Below are positions 50,771-64,000 of a stretch of DNA of 64,000 bases, piece by piece. Origin of the DNA: Haliotis cracherodii (lineage: Eukaryota); the NCBI RefSeq assembly GCF_022045235.1, contig NW_027266341.1, forward strand, positions 51,646,001 to 51,710,000, written 5' to 3'. The notes under the pieces were generated by a model. That model was not told the origin of the DNA, ran no database searches, and was given only the letters and a program-made list of their open reading frames with translations. Each line of letters starts with the position of its first letter. The stretch's first letter is position 1. The position numbers and the translations under genes are program-made.

Positions 50771-53700
50771 GAAAATGTTTTCGACGACTGTTTGGTTCAT
50801 TTAAGAATTGACTTTCACTTTGTGTGAGTTCATTGGAGAATGAACCTTCATAGAGTGAGGGCCAAACTGTATGAACTTCGGAGCTTACTTTATTCAGTAT
50901 ATGTGACTTCATGTTTACACTGACAGCCATACAACAACCACCTGTATCGCGGAATAAAATAGTTCCTCAATAGGAGAGGTGACATGACATTATGTATGCA
51001 CAACATCACCATAAGATGAAAAAGGTCTGTCAAGAACTACCTCTGTAAGTCAATCACATCGACAGCGCGTCGTAATACATTTACATCAAGTACAAGACGT
51101 CAAAATTGCCGATAAACGTGACGGGAGTGATTTAGGAAGTTGTTTTTGAAACTGTGGCGATTACATGTTTTAGTCATCATTGATCAACTGGCCGGTCATT
51201 GAAAGGTGATTACAGATGTGCCTTATAAACACTAAGGTAAAATCATAGATTGCTGGAAACTGTCACTGTCAGCCTAGACACGGATGGAGTCGATACTACG
51301 ATAGTTTGGTTAACGTGCATTTCTTCGTTTTGTTCACTAGTATGGGTCGTAGCGAGGATATTCGTGAACGATCATGCAGTCAAACCCTCTGACGTTTCTC
51401 AATGCATACTAAAACGCTGAGTTCAAGATTAAAGGGTATAAATGATCAGAAAAAACGCTTCTGTATGTATTTTTGCTAGTGAATTCCCAGGGGTTTCCCC
51501 AGGAAGGTGGAAGTAGTCCGTCAGTGTTTACGTCATTTCAAGAACACGGTCTCGTGAAAAACGTGTGAGCGTCACACTGTGTCGTTAATACACTTATGAA
51601 TGTCAATTTCGCGGTCATGTGACCAACCTCTCGTCCAATGGAAAAGCCGTATATCGTGTAAACTTCAAATAAAAAAATATTTTCGCCAAATTAATAACAT
51701 CACACTCCATAGCTTTAAAGGACTGTGACGCCTTGATATAACAGAAATACTGTTCAAAGTGGAATAAAATAAAACTCACTCATTCAGTGAAAGATTTTTT
51801 TCTTTTTAATCACTTAATCACTCAATAAGAACATGACCATAGTATTCTTTGTGGATAGAAGTTGGGTAGTATTATATCTCTAATCCCCAATCACCCAAAC
51901 GGGTAATTAATGAATAGTTTTGTTGTTCTTTTGAAAGTGTTAGAAAGCATTTGTCATCCAACTTCAACCCAAATGACAAACAGTACACGTAAAATCTATA
52001 AAGAAAAAAAGCATTTTGGTTATCTTAGGTCTAAGACGATCGTAACTCCCATACTTTAACACAGGCTGCGATCGCTTTGTAGAACGGGGCTCTGATCGCA
52101 GGAAACCATCCCATACCTGACAATACAGACGACGATAAACCAGAATAGTACTTGGTGGCCTTTGATACCTTTCTTGTGTATATTCATGTGTCATTTCCCT
52201 TTTGTTACCTATTCAGTATTCAAGACAGCTCCGCTTACAAAAAAAATGTATAACAGTTAAAAAAAAACCACGCATACACGCACGCGGGCATACAAACACG
52301 CAAGTTCTTCTGCGTATTTTCACACGACCGCTACAGCAATTTTGCCTTTCCTCCCCTGGTAACCAACAACGGTGTGTAAGCACTCACTCATGTTTCTAAA
52401 AGTAACGACGTTTTTCCAAGTTTATTCAAGAACATTTCATGCTTGACGTATTGCGAACACATCTTGCATAAGGAAGCGCAAATCAAATTGTTTTTCGATA
52501 AAGAGGTGGAATATTCAACTCCGTACTGCGTGCCCTGGCTCTGCTGGGAGTTCAGCCTCGCTTTGCTGTCACCAATGCTTGTCCTGATGGTGGCGAACAC
52601 TGGAAGAAGGGTATTAAATTTGATTCGTTTCATTTCATCATGTCATGTACTTGTGATCCTTCGTTTTTCACTATATTTGTATTTGTTTCAGAACTATTAA
52701 TAAACGTTGATTAATGCCACAGTTCATTTGCAAGCTCAAATCATTTGGAATATGAATATCCCTCTTTTAATTTCCAGTATTGGATTTTTCGTATTGCAGT
52801 TTAAACCTCCACCGCCAATAGACTCAGCACAGCTGTAAAGTACCGAGTGGAATGAGTATTATGTTCAAATATCTTGATATCACTACAACGCAAATATCTC
52901 TTTCCGGCAAATAATGCTCGTTATAACAATACAGATCATGAAGGAACGAACATATGATCTCGTAGTTTGAGAGGATATTGAGTGGAGATAGTTCATTCAT
53001 GACTTTGACTCTGTTTGCCAAGAATATACTGATGGAAAACNNNNNNNNNNNNNNNNNNNNNNNNNNNNNNNNNNNNNNNNNNNNNNNNNNNNNNNNNNNN
53101 NNNNNNNNNNNNNNNNNNNNNNNNNNNNNNNNNNNNNNNNNNNNNNNNNNNNNNNNNNNNNNNNNNNNNNNTGTTAACTGCTCTTTCCATTTGCTGCTGT
53201 TTCCTGACATAAACACATATCATCGAGTGTTTTATGAGTTTTCCAAGAACTTACTGTAATGATGAATAAGTTTTGAAATTACGAAATTCGCAGGGTTGCA
53301 TCCCTCAAGCGTGCCAGAATCGTTTGGGAACTGTCCAGTCCGGATTAACGAGGTTTCCCTGTGTTTCAACAGTGTTAGAAAATCATGGCTTTTGTACTGT
53401 CCTAAACCCATCCCTCAACATGTTTTGTCAACCCTCCAAGATTCCATTCCATGTGGACCGCATTTCCTTCCCGTCACGTGGTACAGCGGATTGATGCAGC
53501 CGCACGTGCGATCCCATTCCAGTGATGTATTATATAGTTCGTCGGCATTAGGGCAGATTACACGTCAGTTTCAAATTAAAAACGATCATGTGACCTTAAA
53601 CAACAACCTTTGACATTCGGAGTAATGTCTTGCTGTCTTTAAAGAAACCATACGCATGTTTATGAGATTGCTTTAGAAGACATTATGTCTTGAGGAAAAA

Positions 53701-55032
53701 ATGCATGTTTCCTATAATGGGATATATGTTTGTCTATATTACAAGATTGCCAACTTCCCTGCTAGTTGTAATAATACATAGCCCAGGCGTGTACGGAATG
53801 AACTCCTGTTCGTTAACGGCATCTTACCTGCAGAATTACCTGCGCTGTTGTTATCAAACTCATTCGATTTGCAACCTAGCCCTACTTTCCGCTAGAATTG
53901 TGTTACCAATTATTGGGAATAATCCCCACAAAGGGCATTTGATTAATGGCCTCATGTCGATAGCGTGAATTCCAATTTATTCCTATAAACTGAACGCTCC
54001 TGGCATTAATAAAATATCACTACATGTAAGCATCTGTTAAGTCATGGGTCTCGAGAGAGCCTTATGGCGTGGGGAGCCGACGACAGCCTTTCTTATATAC
54101 AAACAACGCTGGCTATACATGATCTAACATACACATTCATACACTTAAATAAGGAATTAATAGTCCATCACCTGAAAATAAACAGTTAGATTGTGATTCT
54201 CCAAGGAATTGATGAACATCTTGCAACATTGATGTAAGTGTGGATGATTTTTTTTCATATCTAGCTGCGGGTTTAAATACATTAAAGTGTAATTATTTAA
54301 ATGTACCTGAGGATATTGGTTGTAAGGTTATTTTCAGAGACGCAATGTCGTTGTGGGGCCTCTGGGCGGAGTTGTATGATGTTCCCAATGACGTTTTTTT
54401 TCTGTAACGATGAGTTGACACAATGAATGAGTTCATTAGTGAGTCTTCGCACTCAGTCGCTGTCGTGATCGGTTTAAATGTGTTTACTGTAGCAGCTGCG
54501 GACGTCGTGGCAGCTGTTTATCCGAATTATCGAAATTAGAAGAAAATAATATTATTACTACTATTCTTGTTATTTACCTCTAAATCGCATGAAGTAGTGT
54601 TATTAAAATTAACCATTCGTTGATTTTTATGAGAATGAATAAATGTCTAATCGTGTTTGGATTTACAAAGGTGTCTAACGTATTGGTGATATTGATTATT
54701 GTTTGTGTGCTGTCTGGAGTGGTGATTAACTGTTAGTCATCTTTACACTGATGAGTTTGTAACAAATGTCAATGTATTTGATCTATGAAGTACACGCTGA
54801 TCACTCCATCCAAACACCCACACCTATACTGTGCCTGTGCCACGCACCCCATCGCCCAGCCTATCACGTCTCGTGGTATAAACCTGCAGATCAGTGCAGA
54901 GACCTGACGCTATGAACGTCACATAAGATAGTTCCTCGACACATTTTTAGCTTCCTGTTCTGTGACCTGGTTTTAGTCTTCAGGGCAGTGAGCGTCACAT
55001 ATTTGACACTTAAACATTTTTTGGAGATGTTT

Positions 55033-55198
55033 GGCGGTGGGGTAGCCTTGTGGTTAAAGTGTTCGATCGTCACGTCGAAGGCCCTAGTTCGATTCCTCAC
55101 AATGGTAAATGTGTGAAGCCAATTCCTGATGTCTCCCAGTCGTGATATAGCTGGAATATTGCTAAAAGCGGCGTAAAACCATACTCACTCACCCACTC
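55033..55198 (+). mobile_element. Family-D tRNA SINE (duplicated at about 62268-62416)
   Basis: GGGGTAGCCTTGTGGTTAAAGTG...GTTCGATTCC...GCGGCGTAAAACCATACTCACTC. Confidence 0.9.
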
Positions 55199-55494
55199 TT
55201 TGAGACGTTAATGTACATCACATATAATTGTGGGCAATATTCAAGCTAATGTTTTAGTAAGACATAGCCTCAAAGAATGCCTGTGACAAAATTAAAGTTT
55301 ATGGTTCAGTGAGACCTGGCGCGTGTACGCTTCATACAAAATGTTTGTGACAAGATCTAAGTCTCCTGTTATGTGACAGTGTGTTCACGATTTAGTTGGA
55401 CCTGGCGTTCCTGAACGTCACATGTTCCAGTTATGAAGTAAATCCTGTTAACTGATGTTCATGAACGTCACATGTACTAGTTATGTAGTTTTTT

Positions 55495-55631
55495 GTGCTG
55501 CACTTAGCAATATTCCAGCTATATGACGGCGGTCTGTAAATAATCGAGTCTTGGCCAGACAATCCAGTGACTGACATCATGAACATCGATCTACGTAACT
55601 GGGATACGATGACATGCATCAACCAAGTCAG
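55495..55631 (-). mobile_element. Family-A retroposon, 5'-truncated (duplicated at about 62695-62846)
   Basis: GCAATATTCCAGCTATATGACGGCGGTCTG...CAACCAAGTCAG. Confidence 0.85.
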
Positions 55632-57169
55632 TTATGCAGTAAATCCTTTTAACTGATGTTCATGAACGTCATACCTCATTGTTTTGTGACGATCCTCAGT
55701 CCCCTGTAATGTGACAAGAATTAAGTTTGGAGTTTTATCAGGCCTAGCGTCTTTGAACGTCAATTACATATGTCCTGTGGCAATACATTGGCCTCCAGTT
55801 GTTTAATAATGCGTTAACCTCCAGTTCTTCTCCCCTTTTGAAAATCAGATGTAGTTTTAGGAAGCTGTAAGCAGTAAAATTATCTGAGAGAGGATCTTCC
55901 TATTTTGAACCCTTCCCTATTAAAAATACTGGATCCCCCCTTACCAGTTCTGTTGCATCTGGCGTCTATGTTCATGAGACCTCCACGTGACACTGCAGTG
56001 TGGCGTTTCCTGCTTTATCTGACAATCGTACTCACACTCCACAGCATATACAGTGTCAGGGGCCTACTAGAGCTTCCTACCACTTGAGGGTCATTTCTGA
56101 TACATTGCTTCAACATGTAATAAGTTGGAAAGCACAAGTATGGTCACAGCATTCCCATCCAGGAACTGTAACAGATCACTTCCCATGATGCCCTAGTATT
56201 ATCACTAAACCTCCGCTTGACAGCCTCCATTCTCGCGGGAAATCCGTAAATGACGTATTGCGGTATTTCATAACGACATTCTGTAAGAGAGCTCCCTCAG
56301 CCGCTTACTTAATCAAATGGCTTTCAAATGTGTCATTCCATTTATCTGTGGTATTGTGAATGGTTTACACATCGATTGAAGCCAAAGGAGGGCGAGATGT
56401 CCCGTTCTGACGGTCCTACCCCAGGCTGTCGGGTAGTCACAGACGACGTGAATAGCTGGAATTACTGTACTGAAAGACAATCGCAATGTACTTAAGCCAA
56501 AAAAGACGAACTATCCTTGTGACAGAAATGACAAGTTTTTTTAAACAAATTGAAATTTATCTCTCGTGGGCAAAGGGCGTATCAGCACATTGTATAGTGC
56601 GAAGTTAGTCACGCCAAAGTGATTTATTCGGATTATGTCCTGTAAAAAACAGGATTCCAGGTAAAGTGCTTTATTGGGAAGGTCAATTAGATGTGCTACA
56701 AAATAGTTGATTTTGATTTATGCTAACTGCTGCATAGTTTCCAAAGCTGAAAGATCTCGGCCTGTCTTTCTGGAATGTTTTACATGAGGGGGCTGTGTTT
56801 GGAGCAGTTCTTCAACAGTCAGCCTGACCCAGACTCTGTTTGTGCACGACAGACACTTGATACTGTGGTCACGCATTGGAGTTTCCTTTCTTTAGAGACA
56901 TACGCTAGACTGTATTCACTAATCCTCAACATATCGTGTCCTTGCAAGTAAGTGTAACTGATGCTGCCGACACAGGTACATGATCGTGGTCTTCCGTCTG
57001 TGATGCTGTACAGATAGTAGCGTTGTATCGAGTCACATTTACCTGCGATGTATATGTGTGGAGATGTACGTCTGGGAGCTGCTGGGGAAGTGCTTCTGAA
57101 AATACATGGGATAAATAATAGCTGTCCTCTACATCGTTAAGTATCATTAGAATAACCTTCTATACATCC

Positions 57170-57785
57170 AGGCGTGTATTAGGAGTGTAAGTGTGTTCGG
57201 GATGTCAGGGTTAGATGTGTCTAGAACTGTAGGTGTGTCAGAGGTATAGGTGTGTAGGTGGGTCAGGTGTGTAGGTGTGGCAGGGGTGTAGGTGTATCAC
57301 GAGTGTAGGTGTGTCAAGGGTTTAGGTGTGTCAGGGGTGTAGGAATATCTTGGGTGTAGGTGTGAGGTGTGTTAGGGGTGTAGGTGTGTCAGGTGTTTAG
57401 GAGTATCATGGGTGTAGGTGGGTCAGGGGTGTAGGTGTGTCACGAGTGTAGGTGTGTCAAGGGTTTAGGTGTGTCTTAGGGGTGTAGAAGTATCTTTGGT
57501 GTAGGTGTGAGGTGTGTTAGGGGGGTAGGGGTGTCAGGTGTGTAGGAATATCATGGGTGTAGGTGGGTCAGGTGTGTAGGTGTGGCAGGGGTGTAGGTGT
57601 ATCACGAGTGTAGGTGTGTCAAGGGTTTAGGTGTGTCAGGGGTGTAGGAATATCTTGGGTGTAGGTGTGAGGTGTGTTAGGGGTGTAGGGGTGTCAGGTG
57701 TGTAGGAATATCATGGGTGTAGGTGGGTCAGGTGTGTTAGGGGTGTAGGTGGGTCAGGTGTGTTAGGGGTGTTCGTGTGTCAGGG
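57170..57785. repeat. GT-rich minisatellite with about 125-bp higher-order unit
   Basis: GGTGTAGGTGTGTCAGG-type subunits; CACGAGTGTAGGTGTGTCAAGGGTTTAGG recurs at about 57298, 57441 and 57603. Confidence 0.92.
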
Positions 57786-59176
57786 ATGTATGTTTTGAGA
57801 CCTTATGCCAAGTTCCAAAAAATACTATGGAACCCCAGGGGGAACAATGTATACTACTGAAAAGATGTTAAAGGACGTCCGATTTTAGTTTCTGTTTGAA
57901 GTATATTTACAAACGAGCTACACTTTACTTATCTGGTTGACATAAAGTGAAAGACCATTGTCAACAAGAAGATTAGTTGGGTTGTCCAGTCCAGCGGACA
58001 GTGTCTTCGCTCATCGCCCATACAACCTTGGATCGATTCCATGTTGGGGGCCTGTATTGTTAAGAAGGAAAGAGTCGAAGTTGGATCTGCAAGTGGAATA
58101 CATCACAAAAAGGGAAAGGGCTATATATCAATGCCGTACTGCATAATCATACGGACAAGCATGAGTATTATATATAAGGTCAGTCAAACAGTTGTGACGC
58201 TGTAGTGCACAAATTGATGGTGTCGTTGAATCTCCAGGTCGCTTAGTCGATGTCGCGAAGGAACATTTTGTAGCTCGGATTATGATGTGGAGAAATTGAA
58301 CTCTAGAAAATTTAATAGTTTTCAAGGGCATAAAGAAACTAAATATTTGTTCGTGGGAACTTTTTTGTCAAAGGTGAGGAGATTGAAGAATATTTTTGTC
58401 TAAATTGTTTTCTTTCTGAAATGACGGCATAAATTCTTTGAAGAATGAATGATTTTTAAATGTCACTCAGCATTTCATACAACCTCGGAAATGGCAAGTG
58501 ATGATGTTTCAATGTATTCTATGAACAAAAGCAAACTGTGGTCATTTAAATTATTGATGGAAATAAAATAAACACTTTATTGTAAGTGAGAACATGATTT
58601 TGTGGTGTATAGAAGTTGGGTAGGATATCTCTAATCCTAAATCACCCCAAAAAGGTAATTATTGGATAGTTTTTCTGTTCTTTTTAAATGGTGAGAAATC
58701 ATTTTTTATCAAACTTCAACCCAAATAACGACCAGTACACTTTAAATCATAAAAAGAATCGAGCATTTTGGTTATCTGCTTCTGAATAATCTCAGAAAGT
58801 TGAATAGGAACCAGGGTCCTGTGCCACAAAGCGATCTTAGGTCAAAGACAATTGTAAGTCCCATACTTGAACACACACTTACGACAGTCGGAGTGCTGCG
58901 ATCGCTTTGTGGAACGGGGCTCTGATCGCAGGAAACCATCCAATACATATAACTGACAATACAGACGACGATAAACCAGAATAGAACTTGGTGGCCTTTG
59001 ATACCTTTCTTTTGTATATTCATGAGTCATTTCCCTTTTGTTACCTAGTCAGTATTCAAGACAGTTCCACTTACAAAAAACAAAATATAACGATTTTAAA
59101 AACACGCATAAACGCATGCAGGCATATACACACACAAGTTCTTCTCTGAACAAATAATGATGATAATAATAATAAC

Positions 59177-59210
<34 letters not shown>

Positions 59211-59213
<3 letters not shown>

Positions 59214-60475
59214 TCAGAAATTCAGGGTATTGACACCCACACACGAAGAATCATGGCTGACAATAGATCCCACCACCCTCGCTCTTCCCTCAATCACTTA
59301 TATTTACCAATCATTATGGGAGGGCGTGGTTTGATTAACGTTAGGGCTCTTCATGCTAGAATTGTTTTGTCCACTTTTGTACACATTTATTTGTCTGATG
59401 ATCCCCTTGTGAAGCATGTCAAGACTCATGATGAAAACAAGGCATTCCACAGTTTTCTAAAACGAGCCAAGAATGTGGGACAAAATCTCAATGTCGGTGT
59501 TGATTTTGTTGATGGTTCTGTACTGCTGGACAGTACAGAAATGAGTGTCAACAAGTTAAGTGCCATATCAAGTCGGCCCGGACTTTTTCAAGGAGAGGCT
59601 ATCTGAACGACCACTGCATCGACTTTGTGTGTAGTGTGTTTAGAAAATCAGCAATAAGCAAGTCCTTTGCTTGGATGAAGTCGTCGGGCCTGAAAAGTGA
59701 AACAGAAGGTTTTCTGTTTGCTGATCAGGATCAGCGAAACCGCCTATGTGTGATTTTGCATCAAAATGTGAATATGAGATGTGGATTATGCAATGTGTTG
59801 AATAGTCTCCTTCAATTCAAATGTGAATATGAAAGGTGGATTATGCAATTAATTGAAGGAGACTGTTCAACACATTGTTTGTGGATGCCCAGCTTTGGAA
59901 CAAACACTCTATATTAAACGACATGATGGTGTAGCTCGATCATTTTATTACCGTCTTCGCCATGCTTGTGGTTTTGACACAGAGGTCCATCTATGGTACG
60001 ACCCGGAATATGAAGAGGACGTCATGGAAAATGATAAATACAAAATTCTTTGGAATAGGCCCATTTACAGCCTTAGACGTATCCAGGCCAACAAACCTGA
60101 TCTTGTCCGTTTTATATCATTGAATTTCTGTCCTCTTTGACACTAATGTCATTGAAAAGATTGAGGAAAAACATGGCAAATATGCGGACCTCGCTTTCGA
60201 AGTGTAATGCTTGCATCACAAGTACCAAGTTGTCCGACTCGGTGCCTTAGGTTTGGTACCTCCCAATCTGTTGACTGACATTCGGAGAGTACCCGGGTTT
60301 GCTATCAGGAATACAGCCTTCGGACAATCTGGGCAATGCAGAAGGCTGCAGTGTTGGGGAGTCTTAACATTCTCCGAAAAGTTCTGGGTGGATTTGACTA
60401 GGCAGCGCTTCCTGTGAGAAGCCCCATTCGCTGTCTGGGCTGCGTGTAGAGGGGGCATGATGATGATGATGATGT
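59211..60475 (+). mobile_element. 5'-truncated R4/Dong-clade non-LTR retrotransposon (RLE endonuclease), decayed
   Basis: HHPRSSLNHLYLP..GGRGL; LKSETEGFLFA.QDQ; CGLC..ETVQHIVCGC; YIKRHD; KILWN...NKPDLV; EEKHGKYADL; MQKAAVLGSLNILRKVLG. Flanked by (AAT)n on the 5' side and (ATG)n on the 3' side. Confidence 0.92.
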
Positions 60476-63400
60476 AAGCCCTGGGCTTAAATACGTGCAT
60501 TCCATTCCCAGACATTCGCTATGCAGGGTTGTGTCCCTCGTTTGGGTACTGTCCGGATTAACGAGGTTTCCCTGTGTTTCAACAGTGTTAGAAAATCATG
60601 GCTTTTGTAAAGTCCTAAACCCATCCCTCAATATGCTTTGTCAACCCTCCAAGATTCTATTCCATGTGGACCGCATTTCCTTCCCGTCACGTGGTACAGC
60701 GGATTGATGCTGCCGCACGTGCGATCCCATTCCAGTGATGTATTATATAGTTCGTCGGCATCAGGGCAGATTACAGTTTCAAATTAAAATCGATCATGTG
60801 ACATTAAACAATTACCTTTGACATTCAGAGTAAATTCTGTCTTTAAAGGAACCGTACGCATGTTTATGAGATTGGTACAAAAGACATTATGTCTTGAGGA
60901 AAAAACGTGTGTTTCCTGTAATAAGAAAGAATGAAAGGTGTTTGTCTATATTACAAGACTGCCGACTTCCCTGCTAGTTGTAATAATACCTAGCCCGGGC
61001 GTGTACGGAATGAACTCCTGTTCGTTAACGGCGTCTTACCTGCAGAATTACCTGTGCTGTTGTTATCAAACTCATTCGATTTGCATCCTAGCCCTACTTT
61101 CCGCTAGAATTGTGTTACCAATTATTGGGAATAATCCCCACAAAGGGCATTTGATTAATGGCCTCATGTCGATAGCGTGAATTCCAATTTATTCCTATAA
61201 ACTGAAAGCTCCTGGCATTAATAAAATATCACTACATGTAAGCATCTGTTAAATCATGGGTCTCGAGAGAGCCTTATGGCGTGGGGAGCCGCCGAAAACT
61301 TTTCTTATGTACAAACAACTCTGGCTATACATGATCTAACATACACATTCATACACTTAAATTAGAAATTAATAGTCCATCACCTGAAAATAAACAGTTA
61401 GATTGTGATTCTCCAAGGAATTGATGAAGATCTTGCAACATTGATGGTAGTGTGGATGACTTTTTTTATTTAAGTTCATATCTAGCAGCGGGGTTAAATA
61501 CATTAAAGTGTAATTATTTAAATGTACCTGAGGATATTGGTTGTAAGTTTATTTTCAGAGACGCAATGTCGTTGCAGGGCCTCTGGACGGAGTTGTGTGA
61601 TGATCCCGATGACGTTTTTTTCTGTAACGATGAGTTGACACAATGAATGAGTTCATTAGCGATTCTTTGCACTCAGTCGCCGTCGTGATCGGTGTAAATG
61701 TGTTTACTGTAGCAGCTGCGGACGTCGTGGTAGCTGTTCATCCGAATTATCGAAATTAGAAGAAAATAACATTTTTACTACTATTCTTGTTATTTAGATG
61801 TAAATCGCATGAAGTAGTAGTATTAAAATGATCGTGTTTGGATTTAGAAAGATGTTTAACGTATTGGTGATATTGATTATTGTTTTTGTGCTGTCTGGAG
61901 TGGTGATTAACTGTTAGTCATCTTTACGCTGTTGAAATTGAGTTTGTAACAAATGTCAATGTATTGATCTTTGACGTACACGTATTCTAATACCTTGTGC
62001 CTTCATTGGGACTGATCACTCCATCCACACACCCACACCTATACTTAATCCCGACTACCTTCCCACTGCCTGTGCCATGCACCCCATCGCCCAGCCAAAC
62101 ACGTCTCGTGGTATAAGTCTGCAGAGCAGTGCAGAGACCTGACGTTATGAACGTCACATAAGACAGTTCCTCGACATATTTTTAGCTTCCTGCTCTGTGA
62201 CCGGGTTTTAGTCTTCAGGGCAGTGAGCGTCACATATGTGATATTTATACCCTTTTTTGGAGACGTTGGGTGGTGGGGTAGCCTAGTGGTTAAAGTGTTC
62301 GATCGTCATGTCGAAGGCCCTGGTACAATGTGTGAAGCTCATTCCTGATGTCTCCCCGCCGTGATATTGCTGGAATATTGCTAAAAGCGGCGTAAAACTA
62401 TACCCACTCACTCACTCTTTGAGACGTTAATGGTCATCACATCTAATTGTTGGGCAATATTCAAGCTAATGGTTTAGTAAGACCTAGCCTCTTAGAATGC
62501 CTGTGACAAAATTAAAGTTTATAGTTCAGTAAGACCTGGCGACTGTGAACGCTTCAGACGCATCCTGTTATGTGACAATGTGTTAACGATTTAGTCTGAC
62601 CTGGCGTTCCTGAACGTCACATGTTCCAGTTATGAAGTAAATCCTGATAACTGATGTTCATGAACGTTATATGTACTAGTTACGTAGTTTTTCGTTTGTT
62701 TGTTGTTTAACGCTGCACTTAGCAATATTCCAGCTATATGACAGCGGTCTGTAAATAATCGAGCCTGGACCAGACAATCCAGTGATTGACATCATGAACA
62801 TCGATCTACGTTATTCGGATACGATGACATGCATCAACCAAGTCAGTTTTATAGTAAATCCTTTTAACTGATGTTCATGAACGTCATACCTCATTGTTTT
62901 GTGACGATCCTCAGTCCCCTGTAATGTGACAAGAATTAAGCTTGGGGTTCTGCCAGGCCTAGCGTCTTTGAACGTCAATTATATACGTCCTGTGACAATA
63001 CGTTGGCCTCCAGTTGTTTGATAATGCGTTAGCCTCCAGTCCTTTGACAACTGGAGGTGTTCAGGGGGTCCGCCCTTCTCCCTTTTGACAACCGGATGTA
63101 GTTTTAGGAAGCTGTAAGAAGTAAAATTATCTGAGAGGGCATCTTCCTATTTTGAATCCTTCCCTTTTAAAAATACTGGATCCCCCCCTTGCCAGTTCTG
63201 TTGCATCTGGCGTCCATGTTCATGAGACCACCACGTGACACTGCAGTGTGGCGTCTCCTGCCTATATGACAATCGTACTCACACTCCACAGCATATACAG
63301 TGTCAGGGGCCTACTAGAGCTTACTACCACTTGAGGGTCATTTCTGATACATTGCTTCAACATATAATAAGTTGGAAAGCACAAGTATAGTCACAGCATT

Positions 63401-64000
63401 CCCATCCGGGAGCTTTAACAGATCACTTCCCATGATGCTCTAGTATTATCACTTAACTTCCGCTTGACAGCCTCCATTCTCGCGGGAAATCCGTAAATGA
63501 CGTATTGCAGTATTTCATAACGACATTCTGAAAGAGAGCGCCCTCAACCGCTAACTTAATCAAATGGCTTTCAAATGTGTCATTCCATTTATCTGTGGTA
63601 TTGTCAATGGTTTACACATCGATTGAAGCCAAAGGAGGGCGAGATGTCCCGTCCTGACGGTCCTACCTCAGCCTGTCGGGTAGTCACAGGCGATGTGAAT
63701 AGCTGGAATTACTGTAGTAAAAGACACTCGCAATGTACTTAAGCCAAAAAGGACGAACTATCCTTGTGACAGAAATGACAAGTTTTTTTAAACAAATTTA
63801 AATTTATCTCTCGTGGGCAAAGGGCATATCAGCACATTGTATAGTGTGAAGTTAGTCACGCCGAAGAGATTTATTCAGACTGATTATTTCCTTTGAAAAA
63901 CAGGATTCCAGGTAAAGTGCTTTATTGGGAACGTCAAATAGATGTGCTACAAAATAGTTAATTTTGATTTATGCTAACTGCTGGATAGTTTCTAAAGCTG

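Larger units (their letters stand above)
54150..59023 (-). pseudogene. Putative decayed multi-exon gene: signal-peptide-like exon, EGF-like exons, Thr-rich exon (MEGF/SCARF-like); second partial copy at 61360-64000
   Basis: Minus-strand AG/GT-bounded relics: MNIQKKGIKGHQVLFWFIVVCIV (59023); KCLSCTNRVW/LKNCSKH (about 56800-56860); VPGWECCDHTC (about 56165); ETCLAGRWG/CGCVDG (about 62000-62115, homologue about 54850); TATTTSAAATVNTFTPITTATEC ending CCTCAG|GTAC; acceptor TTTATTTTCAG|GTGATGG (about 54170). Confidence 0.35.
50085..64000. repeat. Tandem segmental duplication, period about 7-7.7 kb
   Basis: 50140-50690 resembles 58050-58560, 51830-52310 resembles 58590-59145, and 53290-56750 resembles 60520-64000. 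Confidence 0.95.

Overview
This is eukaryotic, AT-rich, repeat-dominated genomic DNA with four N-gaps. The SINE and LINE repertoire suggests a mollusc, possibly an abalone-type gastropod (inference). No intact protein-coding gene is evident. (1) About 6.4-26.5 kb is a tandem segmental array with units of roughly 4.5-6 kb. It carries decayed LRR-TM-TIR (Toll-like receptor-like) pseudogene copies mixed with old LINE and Penelope debris. (2) About 26.5-43 kb is a patchwork of SINEs, MITEs, a Tc1 relic with an internal inversion and a 40-bp minisatellite. (3) 43.4-48.4 kb is a nested transposon stack. An old TAY..RTA MITE encloses a Penelope element (GIY-YIG, inverted pLTR, minimal hammerhead ribozymes), which is split by an I/Nimb-type LINE; a mariner sits alongside. 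(4) About 50-64 kb is a second tandem duplication (period about 7-7.5 kb) with decayed, EGF-like exon remnants on the minus strand and an R4/Dong-type retrotransposon in a trinucleotide microsatellite. All family assignments come from motif recognition by eye, and boundaries of decayed elements are approximate.
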